Part shown: in pieces, positions 63,734-64,000 of the stretch | How the letters are laid out: every line of letters starts with the position of its first letter | Numbering within the stretch: position 1 is the first letter of the stretch | Origin: an uncultured virus (IMG/VR IMGVR_UViG_3300010429_001900) | Taxonomy: Duplodnaviria; Heunggongvirae; Uroviricota; Caudoviricetes | Virus record (IMG/VR): IMGVR_UViG_3300010429_001900 | DNA: 64,000 nucleotides | Strand: one strand, 5' to 3' | The notes under the pieces: model-generated | Database searches by the model: none | The model's input: only the letters and a program-made list of their open reading frames with translations | Told to the model about the DNA's origin: nothing | Made by a program: the position numbers and the translations under genes

Positions 63734-64000
63734 GCAACGCACTGACCATCATCGCCGGGGACATCGACGGAGCGCGCGACGCCTTCAACGCGGCGCTCGT
63801 CGACAGGTCCATCCGATTCGAGGCCGAGGCCGGCTTCGCGCTGCAGGCCCTGCAGGCCAGCGAGTACACACTGAAGGTGGCGCTCGACAACCGGCAATCG
63901 GTCGTCGACGCCGTCACCAATGTCGCCGCCATCGGGCTGTCGCTGAATCCGGCAAAGAAGCAGGCCTACCTGCTGCCGCGCAAGTCGGGCGGCGCGACCA
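63730..64000 (+). CDS. recT: RecT-family recombinase, 5' part
   Basis: FEAEAGFALQ..SV.DAV.NVAAIGLSLNPAKKQAYL.PR. Confidence 0.85.
   Translation, partial: MSNALTIIAGDIDGARDAFNAALVDRSIRFEAEAGFALQALQASEYTLKVALDNRQSVVDAVTNVAAIGLSLNPAKKQAYLLPRKSGGAT

Noticed and set aside
1..64000. Integrase/att site or host genes
   Set aside because: None recognisable in the window, so lifestyle and prophage boundaries cannot be called

Overview
The whole 64-kb window is a high-GC tailed-phage (or prophage) genome segment with podovirus-like architecture; a proteobacterial host is inferred from the spanins, SAR endolysin and sigma70-type promoters. From 39.3 kb leftwards (minus strand) runs the late arm: lysis cassette, terminase, portal, scaffold, N4-gp56-type major capsid, adaptors, tail proteins, ejected internal proteins, a 2480-aa polyvalent virion protein, an accessory block with a fatty-acid desaturase, and the start of a second giant protein. 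39.7-49.2 kb (plus) is an early arm of small genes. 49.2-59.0 kb (minus) is the replication/nin-like arm (Rep, DnaB, HU, Q-like antiterminator, HNHs). 59.1-64 kb (plus) holds an XRE regulator, a candidate sRNA and recombination genes (RecT). No integrase, tRNA, CRISPR array or reverse transcriptase was seen. The main unexplained structures are: (1) three small genes overprinted in one alternative frame inside the giant virion gene, each right after an enzyme-like domain; (2) a transposase-less 695-bp two-gene cassette with 24-bp terminal inverted repeats and an 8-bp target duplication that splits a phage gene; (3) a split tail-stabilisation gene whose C-terminal module is duplicated and divided between two other tail genes; (4) a recurrent ACAAAC(A/C/G)GTT operator at promoters, including one inside the giant gene; (5) several structured non-coding RNA candidates; (6) tandem stand-alone PAS-fold proteins. 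Family names come from recalled motifs, not database searches.
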